DNA of 64,000 nt from the human T2T-CHM13v2.0 reference genome, Homo sapiens, in the NCBI RefSeq assembly GCF_009914755.1, contig NC_060934.1, one strand, 5' to 3'. Under the pieces are notes generated by a model. It did no database searches and had not been told where the DNA came from. It saw only the letters and a program-made list of their open reading frames with translations. The stretch's first letter is position 1. Each line of letters starts with the position of its first letter. This document shows, one piece after another, positions 41,397 to 53,950 of the stretch. The translations under genes were made by a program, and so were the position numbers.

Positions 41397-42423
41397 TGAG
41401 ACAGCCCTTTCTGTTTCTAAGACGCTAGTCATAGGACACTATATCAGCCTCCAGAATAGAACTAAAATTACTTCTATAGTCCAGTTTTCCTTTAATCTAA
41501 GCCAACACCTTCCATATCTAGCCAGTTATCTTTGAAATGTATACTTTTTTTAACCAATGAGGTTTTGGCCAAACAATTAACATCTTGATAAAATATACAT
41601 ATATTTAGAGTAAAAGTTCACATATTCTAAAACAGTAGAAACTTATCTTTACTATTTTCTCTACTGACTACTGATACAACCACATAACCATAGAAGGGAA
41701 GTGCAAAGGTTTATAAAGAAAGAAGCTCATGAATTCCAATTCTAAAAAACTGCCTAGAAGCTGACATTGAGTTTCATTCTGCTATTTGATTCTTTCCTAT
41801 TTTTTTTCAAACCACTAAACAAGCCACTTATTAATACAGTTTCTCCTAATGCCCTAGTACACTACATAATATAACTTTCACAGGATGAAGTCATGTCATT
41901 TCCTAGCAGACAGATCTTCGGCAAAACCCCAGGGATGAATCACTCACTGGCCAACCAAACCCACCAGAATCTCCCTACACAGAAGACTCGACTGAGGAAA
42001 CTAGGAAGGAGCCTGGAGGAGAGGAGGACTCACTCCCTCTGCCACCCCCTTGCTGCCACATACCTACATTAAGGAACAGGCAGGCAGTGTTTGCGCCTCT
42101 GACCCCCAAAATGCTAACAGACTTAAGAGCTGGAATCCGTGGGCCCCAAAGAGAGATGCCTGCTCCCCAGGGGGACACAATGATCTACTGGGTGCAAGAA
42201 GAAAGTAACAGAGCTTCTATTTGTATTTATTTTTTATAAAGAAATTACAAAGTTAGTTTTTGATATTTGGAATATAGAGGAACACTAGCACATATAAATA
42301 ACAAATAAACAAACATACATACATGTTGCGGGTGCTTGACTCCCATTAACAGAAGCACACAAACAAAAAAATTTAAAGGCCACTAGCTTGTCCATTTATA
42401 ACAGCCAGCTTCAAATGCCTGCC

Positions 42424-42425
<2 letters not shown>

Positions 42426-42500
<75 letters not shown>
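42426..42500. repeat. Compound (TG)n(AG)n microsatellite
   Basis: About 23 TG units followed by about 14 AG units. Confidence 0.97.
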
Positions 42501-42504
<4 letters not shown>

Positions 42505-43596
42505 GAAAGAGAAATCAACTGCAGCAACAGGCAACAATCTGTAGCTTTGGTGTTTTTATATTTATGAAATGATTTTTGAGAAATAGAAACTTAATCCAAT
42601 GCCAAGACAAAAATGTTCCTTGTTCCTCCCTAAGACAAAGAACACATGTGTGTGTATGTGGAGGGTGTGTGGCATACACCTGAGTGCACACACCCCTCAG
42701 TCAGCTGGCTGCCTGGATCTCAAGGTCATGGTCTAGTCCTCTGTTTCCTGCTGTGAGTCTGAGGACTATTTTCTTTCCTCATTATTTCCTACAACAAACA
42801 AGAAGCATCAGGTATTTTGTTTCATCTTCTCTTTCTCACTTGGCCCTTCCTTATCTTCTGTTCTCCAAGTTCAAAATTCAGGAAGCAAAGACTTTGTACA
42901 GTCCCTAAAACCGTGTTTCTAAAGACTATTTTAATGACAGGAAAGTACACACGGCAGAAAATTAAATGAAAACACAGAGTATATACACACATTATTCAAT
43001 AAACATTGATCTATATGCTTTCCACATAGTAATGCTTTAATTCTCACCACTTTATATGTTACTTACTGTGATTAACCCATTTTACAGATGAGGAAACTAA
43101 AGCACTCAAGTGAAGCGACTAGCCCAAGCAAGTTCCAGACCTGTTCGCTTGTCCTGAATGCTGCTCTTCTCCAGAGCTAAGCTTCCAGAAGCAAATCCAA
43201 GATCCTCAGAGAGAGCCTCAGGGGAAAGCTTTCTGGCTTCTGTTGCCAATGACTCCTTGCCTTTATCTCACTCTGAATCATGAGGCAGCAAATAGTAGAA
43301 GGCCCCCAGTACAGGAGTGAAATGCACAGCAATGTGATCTGCAGCAAATCAACTGTCCTCTCTAGCCCTCAGTTTCCCCTCAGTAAAATAAGTATCCTGA
43401 ACCAGCGTCCTCCAAAATTGAATGCACATTGGTACGTATGTATAGGCATGCCATTTTTTTTTTTCTCAGTTTTCCTTGGATTCTCAAAAGGGTCCATGAC
43501 TGCATAAAAGGATTAAGATCCAGGAGTCCTGAGGACCTCTAGGATCCCTGCCCAGATCAGGCCAACTAAGTTTGGGCTAGCCATGCCTGTACCCAC

Positions 43597-43701
43597 CCAT
43601 CTTCATAAGTGTCCAGTTGCTGTCCATTTGCTTGGCAGCCTGGAGAAAGTAGCGCCCGTCAGTCCACATGGCTGCATGCTCTTCTGTGATGATGGCTGTG
43701 C
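43597..43701 (-). CDS. XPNPEP1: Exon C (105 nt): [36 protein letters not shown]
   Basis: CTTCAG|GC ... ATGG|GTGGGT; conserved WTDGRY motif. Confidence 0.96.
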
Positions 43702-44886
43702 CTGAAGCAGGGGAGAAAAAAAAAAGAAGAAGAAAGGTTTCTAACAACTGCTCAGAAGCTGCACAAAATGACAGTAGACAGGCAAGAGCAGTAAGAGGCA
43801 TCAGCTCCTAGTGGGGCAGATGGGTCCTTGACTCCAAAGAAACCTCTGGGCAAGAGAAGACCACACTACTGAAAACAAGCTGTGTGTCAAGCTCTGAAAG
43901 AACAGTCCTGAGACCCAAGCTACCTGGCACTGGTCCCTGCACAAAAAGGACTCCACTTGCACAGTATGAGTCAAGAACAGAGAATGGAGAACTGTAGACC
44001 TATGGCCAAAGTGGTCTCGTATAATCAACAAGACACAGGGAGGGATGGTTCCTGCTCAGCAATTACAGCCACTCCTCTGCTCCACCAGACACCCCAGGGG
44101 AGCTGTTTCACCTTTCCTGGAGAAAGACCAAGTGGGCCCTATGAGTGTTCCTGCTGTGGTCACTAGCAGGAAGCTTATGCCTCCTACCTTTATCTGCCCT
44201 CCGTTCCCACAGGCCTGGCAGAACTTGGGGTTTTGGCAGAGGTGTCAGCCAAAGCCAATCCTAATGCGCCAACCAACACAAGCACTTACGCCAAAGGAAG
44301 CAGCATGCTAACCATGAGGGGAGGGGAGCTCCCACCTTGTCCAGCTTGCTTTAGAGAACAAACCTGAAGTGGGGAGTCCACCCTAAAACTCAAAGGCATA
44401 ATGGTTTTGAGGAACACCAATGCAGCTTAGAGTTAACCTTTGTTATTTAAGCCAAGAGTGAAAACAGAAACCAAAAGCCAAGCACTTGGGAGAATTATCT
44501 GGGACCAATAAGCTAAGAGAGGAGGTTCTGAAACTATATTAAAGTCTCATTTCTTATTTGGGGTGCTAGTAACACAGGTATATTCAGTTTAATTGATAGA
44601 ACTTTTATATGTATGTTATATTCAATAAAAAGTTCAAAAACTTTTTAAAAATAAAAATTGTTAAAACTTTGAAGCAAAGATACAGAGAGGAATAAAAAGG
44701 GTTACTGAAAGGTGACCTTGGGGAGCAGGGAAAGACTGGGAACCCACACCTTTCTGCAGAGAGTCAATGTGGAGCATCTGGTTTGCATTTTCTTTTTGCT
44801 TCTATATCACAGGCTGAAACTCGGTTCAGTTATTTTTAGGAGGCGAACAAAGGTGCAGCAAGAACAGAGAAAAAGTAGTGACTCAC

Positions 44887-44950
44887 CCGCAGAGCCATCG
44901 AATCCAGAGACAAAAGCCCGCCGACAGTCACATGGAGCAATATACTCACT
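44887..44950 (-). CDS. XPNPEP1: Exon B (64 nt): [22 protein letters not shown]
   Basis: TTCCAG|AGT ... GCGG|GTGAGT; frame continuous with neighbouring exons. Confidence 0.95.
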
Positions 44951-46123
44951 CTGGAAAACAAAGATGACAACAAAGTGGGCCTCGATCAGTCATGAGCAGA
45001 CTGTTCTGCCTGCTTAGCCTTGTGCTAGGCTCAGCGGGGACTATGAAGACTGGGGAATCCTTGGCCCCCGCCCTCAAGAAGCCAACAGTCTAGCTGAAAA
45101 CAACAGATTAGCACACACTGCAGAAGATTGAATTAATTAAGGGCAGAGAGAGCTGTTCCCTTTAGCCTCTATTTCCTCATTAGGAGAACCAAAGCACATC
45201 AGGAGAAACAGATAAAAACTGCTCTTTCTTCACTGAGATCTTACTCAAAAATCAAACCAATAATAGCCTTCTCCCCTCCTTGCCACTGACATTTAGGCAT
45301 CTGTTATTTTTCTGAAAAGTAAGGCTGAATTTCTGTGTTAAGCACCAACAATTCCCTAACTTAAGTTTCTGTAGATACTGACTTGTTTCCAAACTTCCTG
45401 TTTGGGTCCTCCTCTGAGGTAGCATCACCAATCTCTCCCATGCAGACCCTGTCCCTTCCTGCTACAGAGTGAGCGGAAACGCTTCATCCAATCCAGGAGG
45501 CTTCAGCAAAATAAAATGTCATGTCCAAAACCAAGGTCTTCTCAGCTGATAATCCCCTTGCCTCTGTATGGAAGGGGTTAGGGAGTGAAGAAAGTAAGAA
45601 ATTCTTACGCGTGGGCAAAGGGTACAAGTCAAAGTGTGCAACTTCTGGTAATAGCCAGTGAGGCACAGAGAGTTTAAGTAACTTGCCCCAAATCACACAG
45701 CTAATTAAGTAGCAGAGGCAGGATTTGAACCTAAGCAGTCAACTCCAGAGTCTGGACTCTGAAGCCCTATGCCAGGCTGCCAATGCATGACACTTTATCT
45801 CTCGCCCTCATCACTCTCTAGGATAAGACCAATAGCAAATGAGAAAACTGAGGTTCAAAGAGAGAATCTTTAAGTAAGCTGCCCACTTACAAGTTAATAG
45901 TAGGTCAGGATCCAAAGCCAGGCCTGCCTGAGTACAGAGCTGCTGCTCCTTCTGCAGTTACCAGGATTCTCCCAAGCCAAAGGACCTGGCAAGGTTAAGA
46001 AAGTTTAGGGTGGGGAATGGGGCTGCTGGCCAGACCCAAGGCATTTTTAGGACAGTCAACATGATGTAGGGGGAAAAGGCCCTCATGTTCCTTTCCTGCT
46101 ATATGGTTAAGAACTACCCCTTT

Positions 46124-46445
46124 CAGCCAGGCACAGTGGCTCATGCCTGTAATCCTAGCACTTTGGGCGGCTGAGGTGGGAGGACTGCTTGAGCCCAGGA
46201 ACTCGAGACCAGCCTGGGAGCATGGTGAAACCTCATGTCTACAAAAAATACAATAATTAGCCAGGCATGGTGGCACGTGCCTGTAGTCCCAGCTATTTAG
46301 GAGGCTGAGGTGGGAGGATAATCTGAGCCCGGGAGGTTGAGGCTGCACAGTGAGGCATGATTGTGCCACTGTATTCCAGCCTAGGCAACAGAGTGAGACC
46401 TTGTCTCAAAAAATTAAAACAAAAATTAAAAAAAAAAAAAAAAAG
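46124..46445 (+). mobile_element. AluJ; degenerate TSD AAG(A/G)ACT(A/G)CC(C/T)CTTTC
   Basis: Complete Alu with A tail. Confidence 0.9.
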
Positions 46446-47639
46446 GACTGCCTCTTTCACCAAGGCACCGGCAATCACAGCCTCAAACCAGCCTCCAGGG
46501 AGATACTAGAAGGGCCAGCATAGAGAACCACAATGGCAGGATAAAGCAGCTCTGGGCCACCTGCCCACTAGCCCAGGCCCAGCTGCATAGTCTGCAACAA
46601 GTCCTGGCAGCTCTCTCAGCCTCATTTCCTCATCTCTAAGACAGGTCATTTCAGATTGCTAAATGCAACAGCAAGCACGTTTTATTCCTAAAGCATAAAG
46701 AACATTCGGTCAACAGCACTAAGGAAATAGAAAGAAATGGCCACCAGCATCGTTTAGGAACTGCAGAATCCTCACTTGTTTATTAACCGAGTAATTACTG
46801 TGTGCAAGACTTTTTATTAAAAAGTAACAACGGGGGGAAGGGTGGCCCACACATCTCCTAGGACTCTTGTGAGAAACAGTAAGTTAATGTCTTTCAAAAC
46901 TCACCAGAAACTTGAAAGTGCTGCACATATGCAATGGAAGAGATATTATTAATCTCTTCTTCCTAAACAGTGAGAAGACATCTAAGGGGCTGGGAAAACT
47001 AAGTTAAAAATAACTCTTGTGCTAAAAATCACTGCGCACAATGGGGAATACACAGTGAGGGCACTCTCCACCAACATGACGCCACAGGCTTGGGGCTCTT
47101 CCACCCGTGACACAGGGTGAAGATACTGGCAAAGACTGGCAGAGAATGCAGTGCAGGTCTGAGCCCGGCTGGACTCTTCCATTCAGGGACATAGTACTCT
47201 AGGGATGCCCCACCCCTTTCTGGGCAAGCTTGGGAGAGATGGAAGATCCGCAGGGTTTACCTAGACTTCTCCATCAGCAAAGGCAAGGAAAGAGTTCCTC
47301 CAAAGGGAGGTGGAATTAACAGCAAATGGACATGTTTAGTTTGGGATGGAGACAAGGTCTGGGGTAAGAATGTCCAGACATGACCTAAGTGGTCAACATT
47401 CCAGAAAGACATTGCTAAGCAAGGCTGGCCACAGCCTCACCTCCACACTGACAGGCTATGCAGAAGCCAGACAAGCACTGGGCCCAGGGCTGTCACTCTC
47501 CTTCTCCCAGGCATGAAGCTGGCAACGCCCAGGGGCGGTCTCCTTAGAACACAGCATAGGGCCTAAAATAAACCAAAGCTGTAGCATGCTAGGAAAAAGG
47601 CACAAAGAAGCACAGCTGCTGGCTTTTTCTCAAAACCAC

Positions 47640-48130
47640 CCACTTCTCTCCATTTCTAATAGCAGCACTCAGTCCAAGCCTCCATCATCTCTACCTGGAC
47701 TACCGCCCCTACAATCCACTCTGCACATACACTCAGAGTGAGCTTTTCCAAATATCTAAGATCATGTTAGCAACCTCCTTAAAACCCTCCAATGGCTTCC
47801 TATTATATTTAAGATAAAATCCAAACTCTGGCCCAGTCAAGGTACCAGCTGATCTGACTTTGCCAGTCCTCTTGCAGCTCTGCTCCCATTCACCATGCTC
47901 CAGACACACCCACCTCCTTTCTGCTCTTTGCATATCCTGAGCTCATTCCTGCCTCAAGGCCTTGGCACATGTGCTTCCTTGTGCCTATAAAAGTATTTCT
48001 GATCATGGTATGGCTAGGTCCTTCTCATCATTACATTTGAGATCAAATATCACCTCTACAGAGAGGCCTACCTGTACTACCCAGCTATAATAGCCACCTG
48101 GCCACTTTTAAGTCTCTGTATAGCACACAC
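47640..48130 (+). mobile_element. L2 remnant
   Basis: AAAACCCTCCAATGGCTTCC...ATAAAATCCAAACTC...CCTGCCTCAAGGCCTTGGCACATG L2-like motifs. Confidence 0.65.
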
Positions 48131-48147
48131 ATACTCTAGATATTTGT

Positions 48148-48445
48148 CTTTTTTTTTTTTTTTTTCTTTTGGAGACAGGATCGCCTTCTGTTACCCTAGC
48201 TAGAGTGTGGTGACACAATTATGGCTCATTGTATCCTTGACCTGTCAGGTTCAAGCAATCCTCCCACCTCAATCTTCTCAATAGCTGGGACTACAGCAGG
48301 CACACACCTTTTTTTTTTTTTTTTTTTGTAGAAACGGGGTTTTACCACGTTGCCAGGCTGGCCTTGAACTTCTGGGCTCAAGTGATCAGCCTGCCTCAGC
48401 CTCCCAAAGTGCTAGGATTACAGGCAAGAGCCACCATGCTGGGCA
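48148..48445 (-). mobile_element. Diverged AluJ
   Basis: Poly(T) tail and expanded central T tract. Confidence 0.88.
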
Positions 48446-48667
48446 ATGTTTCTCTTCTTAATGAACTTTTTATATGTTTATTGTCTTGTTCCTCAACCCC
48501 CATCTTAACCCCAAGCATATAAGTTCCATGAGATCAGGGTATCTGTCCTGTCCCTGCACTCAGCACAGGTGACTAGATCCTCAACCCACATTTGTATTAT
48601 AAATGAACAAGCAGAAAGAGACATGAAGCTTTTCCCTACATCCAGTTAAAACCTCAACCATATCTAC

Positions 48668-48875
48668 GAAGATGGACGAAGGGACCATGAGCCAAGGAAT
48701 GCAGGTGGCCTCCAGAAACTGGAAAAGGCAAGGAAATGGACTCTCCCTGGAGCCTGCAGAAGTAACATAGCCCTGCTGACCCATTTTAGACTTCAGACTT
48801 CCAGAACCATAAGAGAATAAATTTGTTTTAAGTCACTGTGGTAATTTGTTATAGCAGTGATAGGAAACTAATACA
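48668..48875 (+). mobile_element. MLT1 (MaLR) LTR 3' portion
   Basis: GAGCCAAGGAATGCAGGTGGCCTCCAGAA...AATAAATTTG...GGAAACTAATACA. Confidence 0.85.
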
Positions 48876-49533
48876 TTATCTAATGGGGAAAAGATCGTAA
48901 GGGATTATAAATGGGGTTTCAAATTCAAATACCTCAGGGTACAGGACAAAGGATATCTTTTCTAAAGACAGCAGCTCCTACTCAGCTCTGATTTCTGAAA
49001 TGCAGGCCACATGTTGCTAACCTTCAATATTTCAGAAGAAGCCAGAAATATGGGTTCATGAGAAATTACCCAATTTTTAAATGTTGGCATCTAATTCCAA
49101 CAATATAAACAATACATAGCCAAATAAAGCATCTGTAAACTACAAAAAAAAAAAAAGCTAGTCATCTCTCAAAAATCTGGTTCAAGTGCTCCCTTTTCCA
49201 TGAAGCTTCCTGACCCACTTCAGCTTTCAGAGGCTCCCACATTTCTGAATTTTACAGGACCATCCATGTTGGCACTTATCCATACCCTACCTTGGATAAT
49301 GCTGACAAATAATGTTAGCTAAGATTATTTAGTCTGTATTGTTTATTATTGTCTCAACACCTACTAGTCAATAACTGTATTCATTTCCTCTCATTCTAAT
49401 CCTCACAGCAGCCCTGGAAGGTATCATCCCTCGCTAATCTACAGATGAAAAAAATGAAGCTTAGAGAAATAACTAACTTCCCCAAGGTAACACCACAGTA
49501 AATGGCAGAACCAAGATCTGAACTCAGGTCTGA

Positions 49534-49829
49534 CTTTTTTTTTTTTTAAGATGGGGTCTTGCTTTGTCGCCTGGGCTGGAGTGCAGTGGCGCAATCTAGG
49601 CTCACTACAACCTCCACCTCCCAGGTTCACGCGATTCTCATGCCTCAGTCTCCCAAGTAGCTGGGATTACAGGCGCCCACCACCACACCCAGCTAATTTT
49701 GGTATTTTTAGTAGAGACAGGGTTTTGCCATGTTGGTCAGGCTGGTCTCGAACTCCTGACCTCAAGTGATCCGCCTGCCTCGACCTCCCAAAGTGCTGGG
49801 ATTATGGACATGAGCCACTGCACCCAGCC
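49534..49829 (-). mobile_element. AluS inserted in a MIR; TSD TCAGGTCTGACTTT
   Basis: Complete Alu with direct repeats on both sides. Confidence 0.93.
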
Positions 49830-51059
49830 TCAGGTCTGACTTTCGAAAGCCCATACCCTTGCAAGCTGCCAAGCAACCTCTTCTACTTTTGTACAGAAGT
49901 TGTACACATCTAGTCTCACAATTGGATTATAAATTCTGAGGGAACAAGGAATACGAGGTGTATGCTGCACTTACCTCTACTTTCATCAGCCACAGAATAG
50001 ACATCTCCTACAACCAGCAGTTAGAACTCTGTTCAAGCCTGGTTCCCCACTTACTAGCTGGGTGAACCTGGGGCTCAACTTCCTCATCTGTAAAATGGGG
50101 ATGAACATAATGCCCACCTTGAAGGGTTGAGGTGTGACATAAAGCAATTAGCGCATGCCGAACATCTGATGAACTGCAGCACTTATTGCTATGAACTGCA
50201 CCGAGCTTGACTCTATAGCAAACATAAGAAACTATCTTCTCGAAGTGGACAATCGGCAATAGTAGACAGATATTCCATGAAATATTAACACTAATAAACA
50301 GCCATATAAACGATGCTGAACATGCAGTGTGGTATTTGCTATAGTTTAAAGGATGCTCAGATGTGCCTTAGATCCATCAGACCAAGCTCAGAGGTTTGAC
50401 TGGGCCACCAAGGATAGGCGAAGAGAGCAGGAAAACAGTCCAGAGGGAAAGGTGTGACAAGGCCCAGAAGCAAGAGGCAAGAGGCCTGTCATGAGGCGAC
50501 ACCCAATTAGCCTAATGGCAGGGGCAAGAAGTTCAAGGGAGCAGCTGCAGAGATTTCTGTAAAGGCCGTCTGAAGACAAATAGTCAAAGACCTCAAACAC
50601 CAGACTAAGAGGCTTGAACTTTATCCTGCAAGTTCTAGAGAGACACTAAAAGTTGAAGAGAGGGTGGTGACATGACCAGAGCTGGGTTTTAAGAAGAGGG
50701 ATCAACATGGCTGGTCACATGCCGATGGAACTTGCCAAGTAAAGCTGACAGCTGACTGCCAAGATAAGCATGACTAAAGTTACTAGAGTCCACATTAGCG
50801 TGACATCTTTCCCCTTCCCTGACCCTCTTCTCCCATCAGCCATGAGCTTGGCACTGTGCCTCAAATATACAAGGTTCTCAAGAAAATTGAAACTGAATGA
50901 ATAAATGGCCATCGGTCCACAGGAAGTACCAAAAGTTAGACTGTGAATGGAGATGTGGACTCCTTGTTTCCAAATATAAGTTATTGGCATTTTTTTCTCT
51001 CCTAAATGAAACCAAGTCAGGGTATGTGGGAAAAACTGACAGTTGTCCAAAGATTTGTG

Positions 51060-51440
51060 CTCCTTCCTTAGTGTAGAAGAGTCACTGGAAAGTAGCTGCC
51101 CAGCCAGGCCTTCATTCCCATGCCTCATTACATTGAGGTGAGGTCACATGACTTATTCTTACCAATGAAATGTGGGTGAGAGGTGATACCTGGGTCGGGG
51201 CTCTAACAAATGAGTGTGCCCTGTCCATACTCTGTCCCCTTCCACCAGCTAAAATGGTGGTACTATGGGATGGAAGAGCCTAGATCCCTGAATCACTTTC
51301 CCTCAAGGTAGAGGGAAGTCCCCCACCAACCAGGAACACCCACTCTATACTGCTACATGAAATAAGAAATAAGGCTTTACAATACCAGGCCACTGAAACT
51401 TCGAGATGTGTTACCACAGCTAGCATTATTCTAACACAAC
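51060..51440 (+). mobile_element. Old MLT1-type LTR remnant
   Basis: GATGGAAGAGCCTAGATCCCTGAATCAC...AGAAATAAGGC...TGTTACCACAGCTAGC. Confidence 0.65.
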
Positions 51441-52779
51441 AGATAAAATCACTGTGGGATAAAAATCATTAACCCCACCCCAAGAGAAAGCCTGTTTATG
51501 AAATACAAAACAAAACAGGAAGCTGACTCCAGGAGAATGGAGTAGGGTCCAAAGAGTTTAGGAAAATCTGAATCATGTCTTCCAGGAGGAGGAACCACAA
51601 ACAAAGCCAAAAATTCACATTGGCAGAGTCAGTCCCTGACAAAACATCACCCTTTGACTAAGCCAAGCCCAACAACATAATATGGGGTCTACGGATGAGG
51701 AGGATGAGGAATCAAGATTTCTAAAAGGCAGTGCTGGCACAGCTCTGACTCCAACCAAGGATTCTCCTGCTTTGAGGCAAGTGGTGCCCACGAATCCCAA
51801 TATACGACTAGGATGGTACATGAAAGTATCCAGATTACCAGAGAGAACAGACGATTCCTTGCTATAAAAGTCCCCCAGGGCCCAAGCTCATTAATACAAC
51901 AACCCTAATACCACAACCCTTGCTCTGAGTTTAAAAAGAAGAAACCCTTAGAGTTGCAGAGGACAGAGAGAAGCAGACCACTGCAGTGCCAAGTCCTTGC
52001 GTAATTATGCATTTGAGGTACGTTTTCTCTCTTGCAGGGAACAGCGTGTGGGTGTGTATATTTGTGTTTTGGAAAGTACACAAAGGACAGAATTCAAGAT
52101 TCCCCTTCACTTCTCCAACACCCTCCCCTCCCCAGCCGTAGGAGAAACTCCATCAACCCAGAATCTACCCTGAAATGAAACAATTAGGAACAAGAGCCAC
52201 AGGGAACAGCAGCCTCTCTATTACTGAGGAGGCTACTATGGCAGGTCACACATGAAGCCAGTCCTTCCTTCTTGTTCTCACAATCACAGCAAGGATCCAG
52301 AGTCCCACTTAACAGAGTCGCCCCAACTATGTGGCTCTTCTCCACAGGAACTAAAACAAGGAACCCATTTCCTTCTGTTGATGGCACCACAAACACTCCC
52401 AGGCTTCAAACCTTCCCAATCCCCTCTACCACCTGCCTGCAAGGTCCACATTTAATCCAGGTTGTACTACTTCTCCAAATCCTACCCCTCCTCTCCGCTC
52501 CTAACCCCAGTACCCAAGTCCAGGCCCTCTTTACCCCAACTCTGAGATCCTGCAAGGCCTAACAGGTTTCTCAATTCCCAGAGTCTCCTTTCTCCAACCC
52601 ATACTAAACACTGCTCCCTCTGATCATGTCACTCTAAAATCCTGATTCTGGTGGTCAAGGACAACCATGACCAGTCAGGGGTAATTCATGGATGGTCTTA
52701 ACCAGGCCACTGTTCTCCCTTCTTCAAGCTTATTGTCATGCATGTTCTCCTAATTCCATAGATACCCATGGTATTTCTT

Positions 52780-53295
52780 ACCATTTGATCCAGCCATCCT
52801 ATTACTGGGTATATACCCAAAGGATTATAAATCATGCTGCTATAAAGACACATGCACACATATGTTTATTGCGGCACTATTCACAATAGCAAAGACTTGG
52901 AACCAACCCAAATGTCCATCAGTGATAGACTGGATTCAGAAAATGTGGCACATATACACCATGGAATTCTATGCAGCCATAAAAAAGGATGAGTTTATGT
53001 CCTTTGTAGGGACATGGATGAAGCTGGAAACCATCATTCTGAGCAAACTATCGCAAGGACAGAAAACCAAACACCGCATGTTCTCACTCACAGGTGGCAA
53101 CTGAACAATGGAACATCACACACTGGGGCCTGTCATGGGGTGGGGGGAGGGGGGAGGGATAGCATTAGGAGATATACCTAATGTAAATGATGAGTTAATG
53201 GGTGCAGCACACCAACATGGCACATGTATACATATGTTAACAAACCTGCACGTTGTGCTCATGTACCCTAGAACTTAAAGTATAATTTAAAAAAA
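52780..53295 (+). mobile_element. 5'-truncated L1PA 3' end; TSD CCATGGTATTTCTT
   Basis: ORF 52862..53104 is the L1 ORF2 C-terminus; G-rich 3' UTR; direct repeats at 52766-52779 and 53301-53314. Confidence 0.94.
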
Positions 53296-53469
53296 GATTT
53301 CCATGGTATTTCTTGTACTTCTCTCCCTCTTTCCATGCATCCAAATTCTACCTGTTCACGTTCCAATTTAAATCCTACTTTCTCCATGAAGACTTCCCTG
53401 ATCCTGCCAGCTTAAAATACTCTGTCACCTTTGAATTCAGTTCACACTTTAAGTAAACTTACATTACAG

Positions 53470-53950
53470 TTGCCACCAGCCACATGTGTCTAAGCACTTG
53501 AAATGTGGCTATTGTGACTGAGAAACAGAATACTTAATTTTATTTCACTTTAATAAATTGAAATACAAATTTAAAAACTGATATTCAAGATTCAGTTACT
53601 GGAAAACTTCTAAGTATGTTTAGAACAACTTGGGTACGTGAGTCCACCTTTTCAACTGTCAGTCTTATGAAATCTAAACACAGATCAAATATTTCCAATG
53701 AAAATTTCACATTCAAATTGCGAAGTTTTGTAAATGTAAAAACTTCCCATATTTGAAACCACAGCATAAAAAGGAATGTAAAGTATCTTCTTAATAATTT
53801 TTATAATGATGATGTGCTAAAATAATATTTTGGATATGTTGGATTAATATATTGTTAAAATTAATTTCACTGCTCTTTTACTTTAATGTGTCTATGAGAA
53901 CATTGAATATTACATGTGTATCTCACAGATTCTACTTAGACAGTGCTAAT
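53470..53950. mobile_element. hAT-Charlie DNA transposon remnant (Charlie1/MER33-like)
   Basis: AGCCACATGTG...AGCACTTGAAATGTGGCTA and terminal ...GACAGTGCT; family from memory. Confidence 0.65.

Noticed and set aside
53137-53160. G-quadruplex-like GGGGTGGGGGGAGGGGGGAGGG
   Set aside because: Standard G-rich tract of the L1PA 3' UTR, present in very many copies; not locus-specific.
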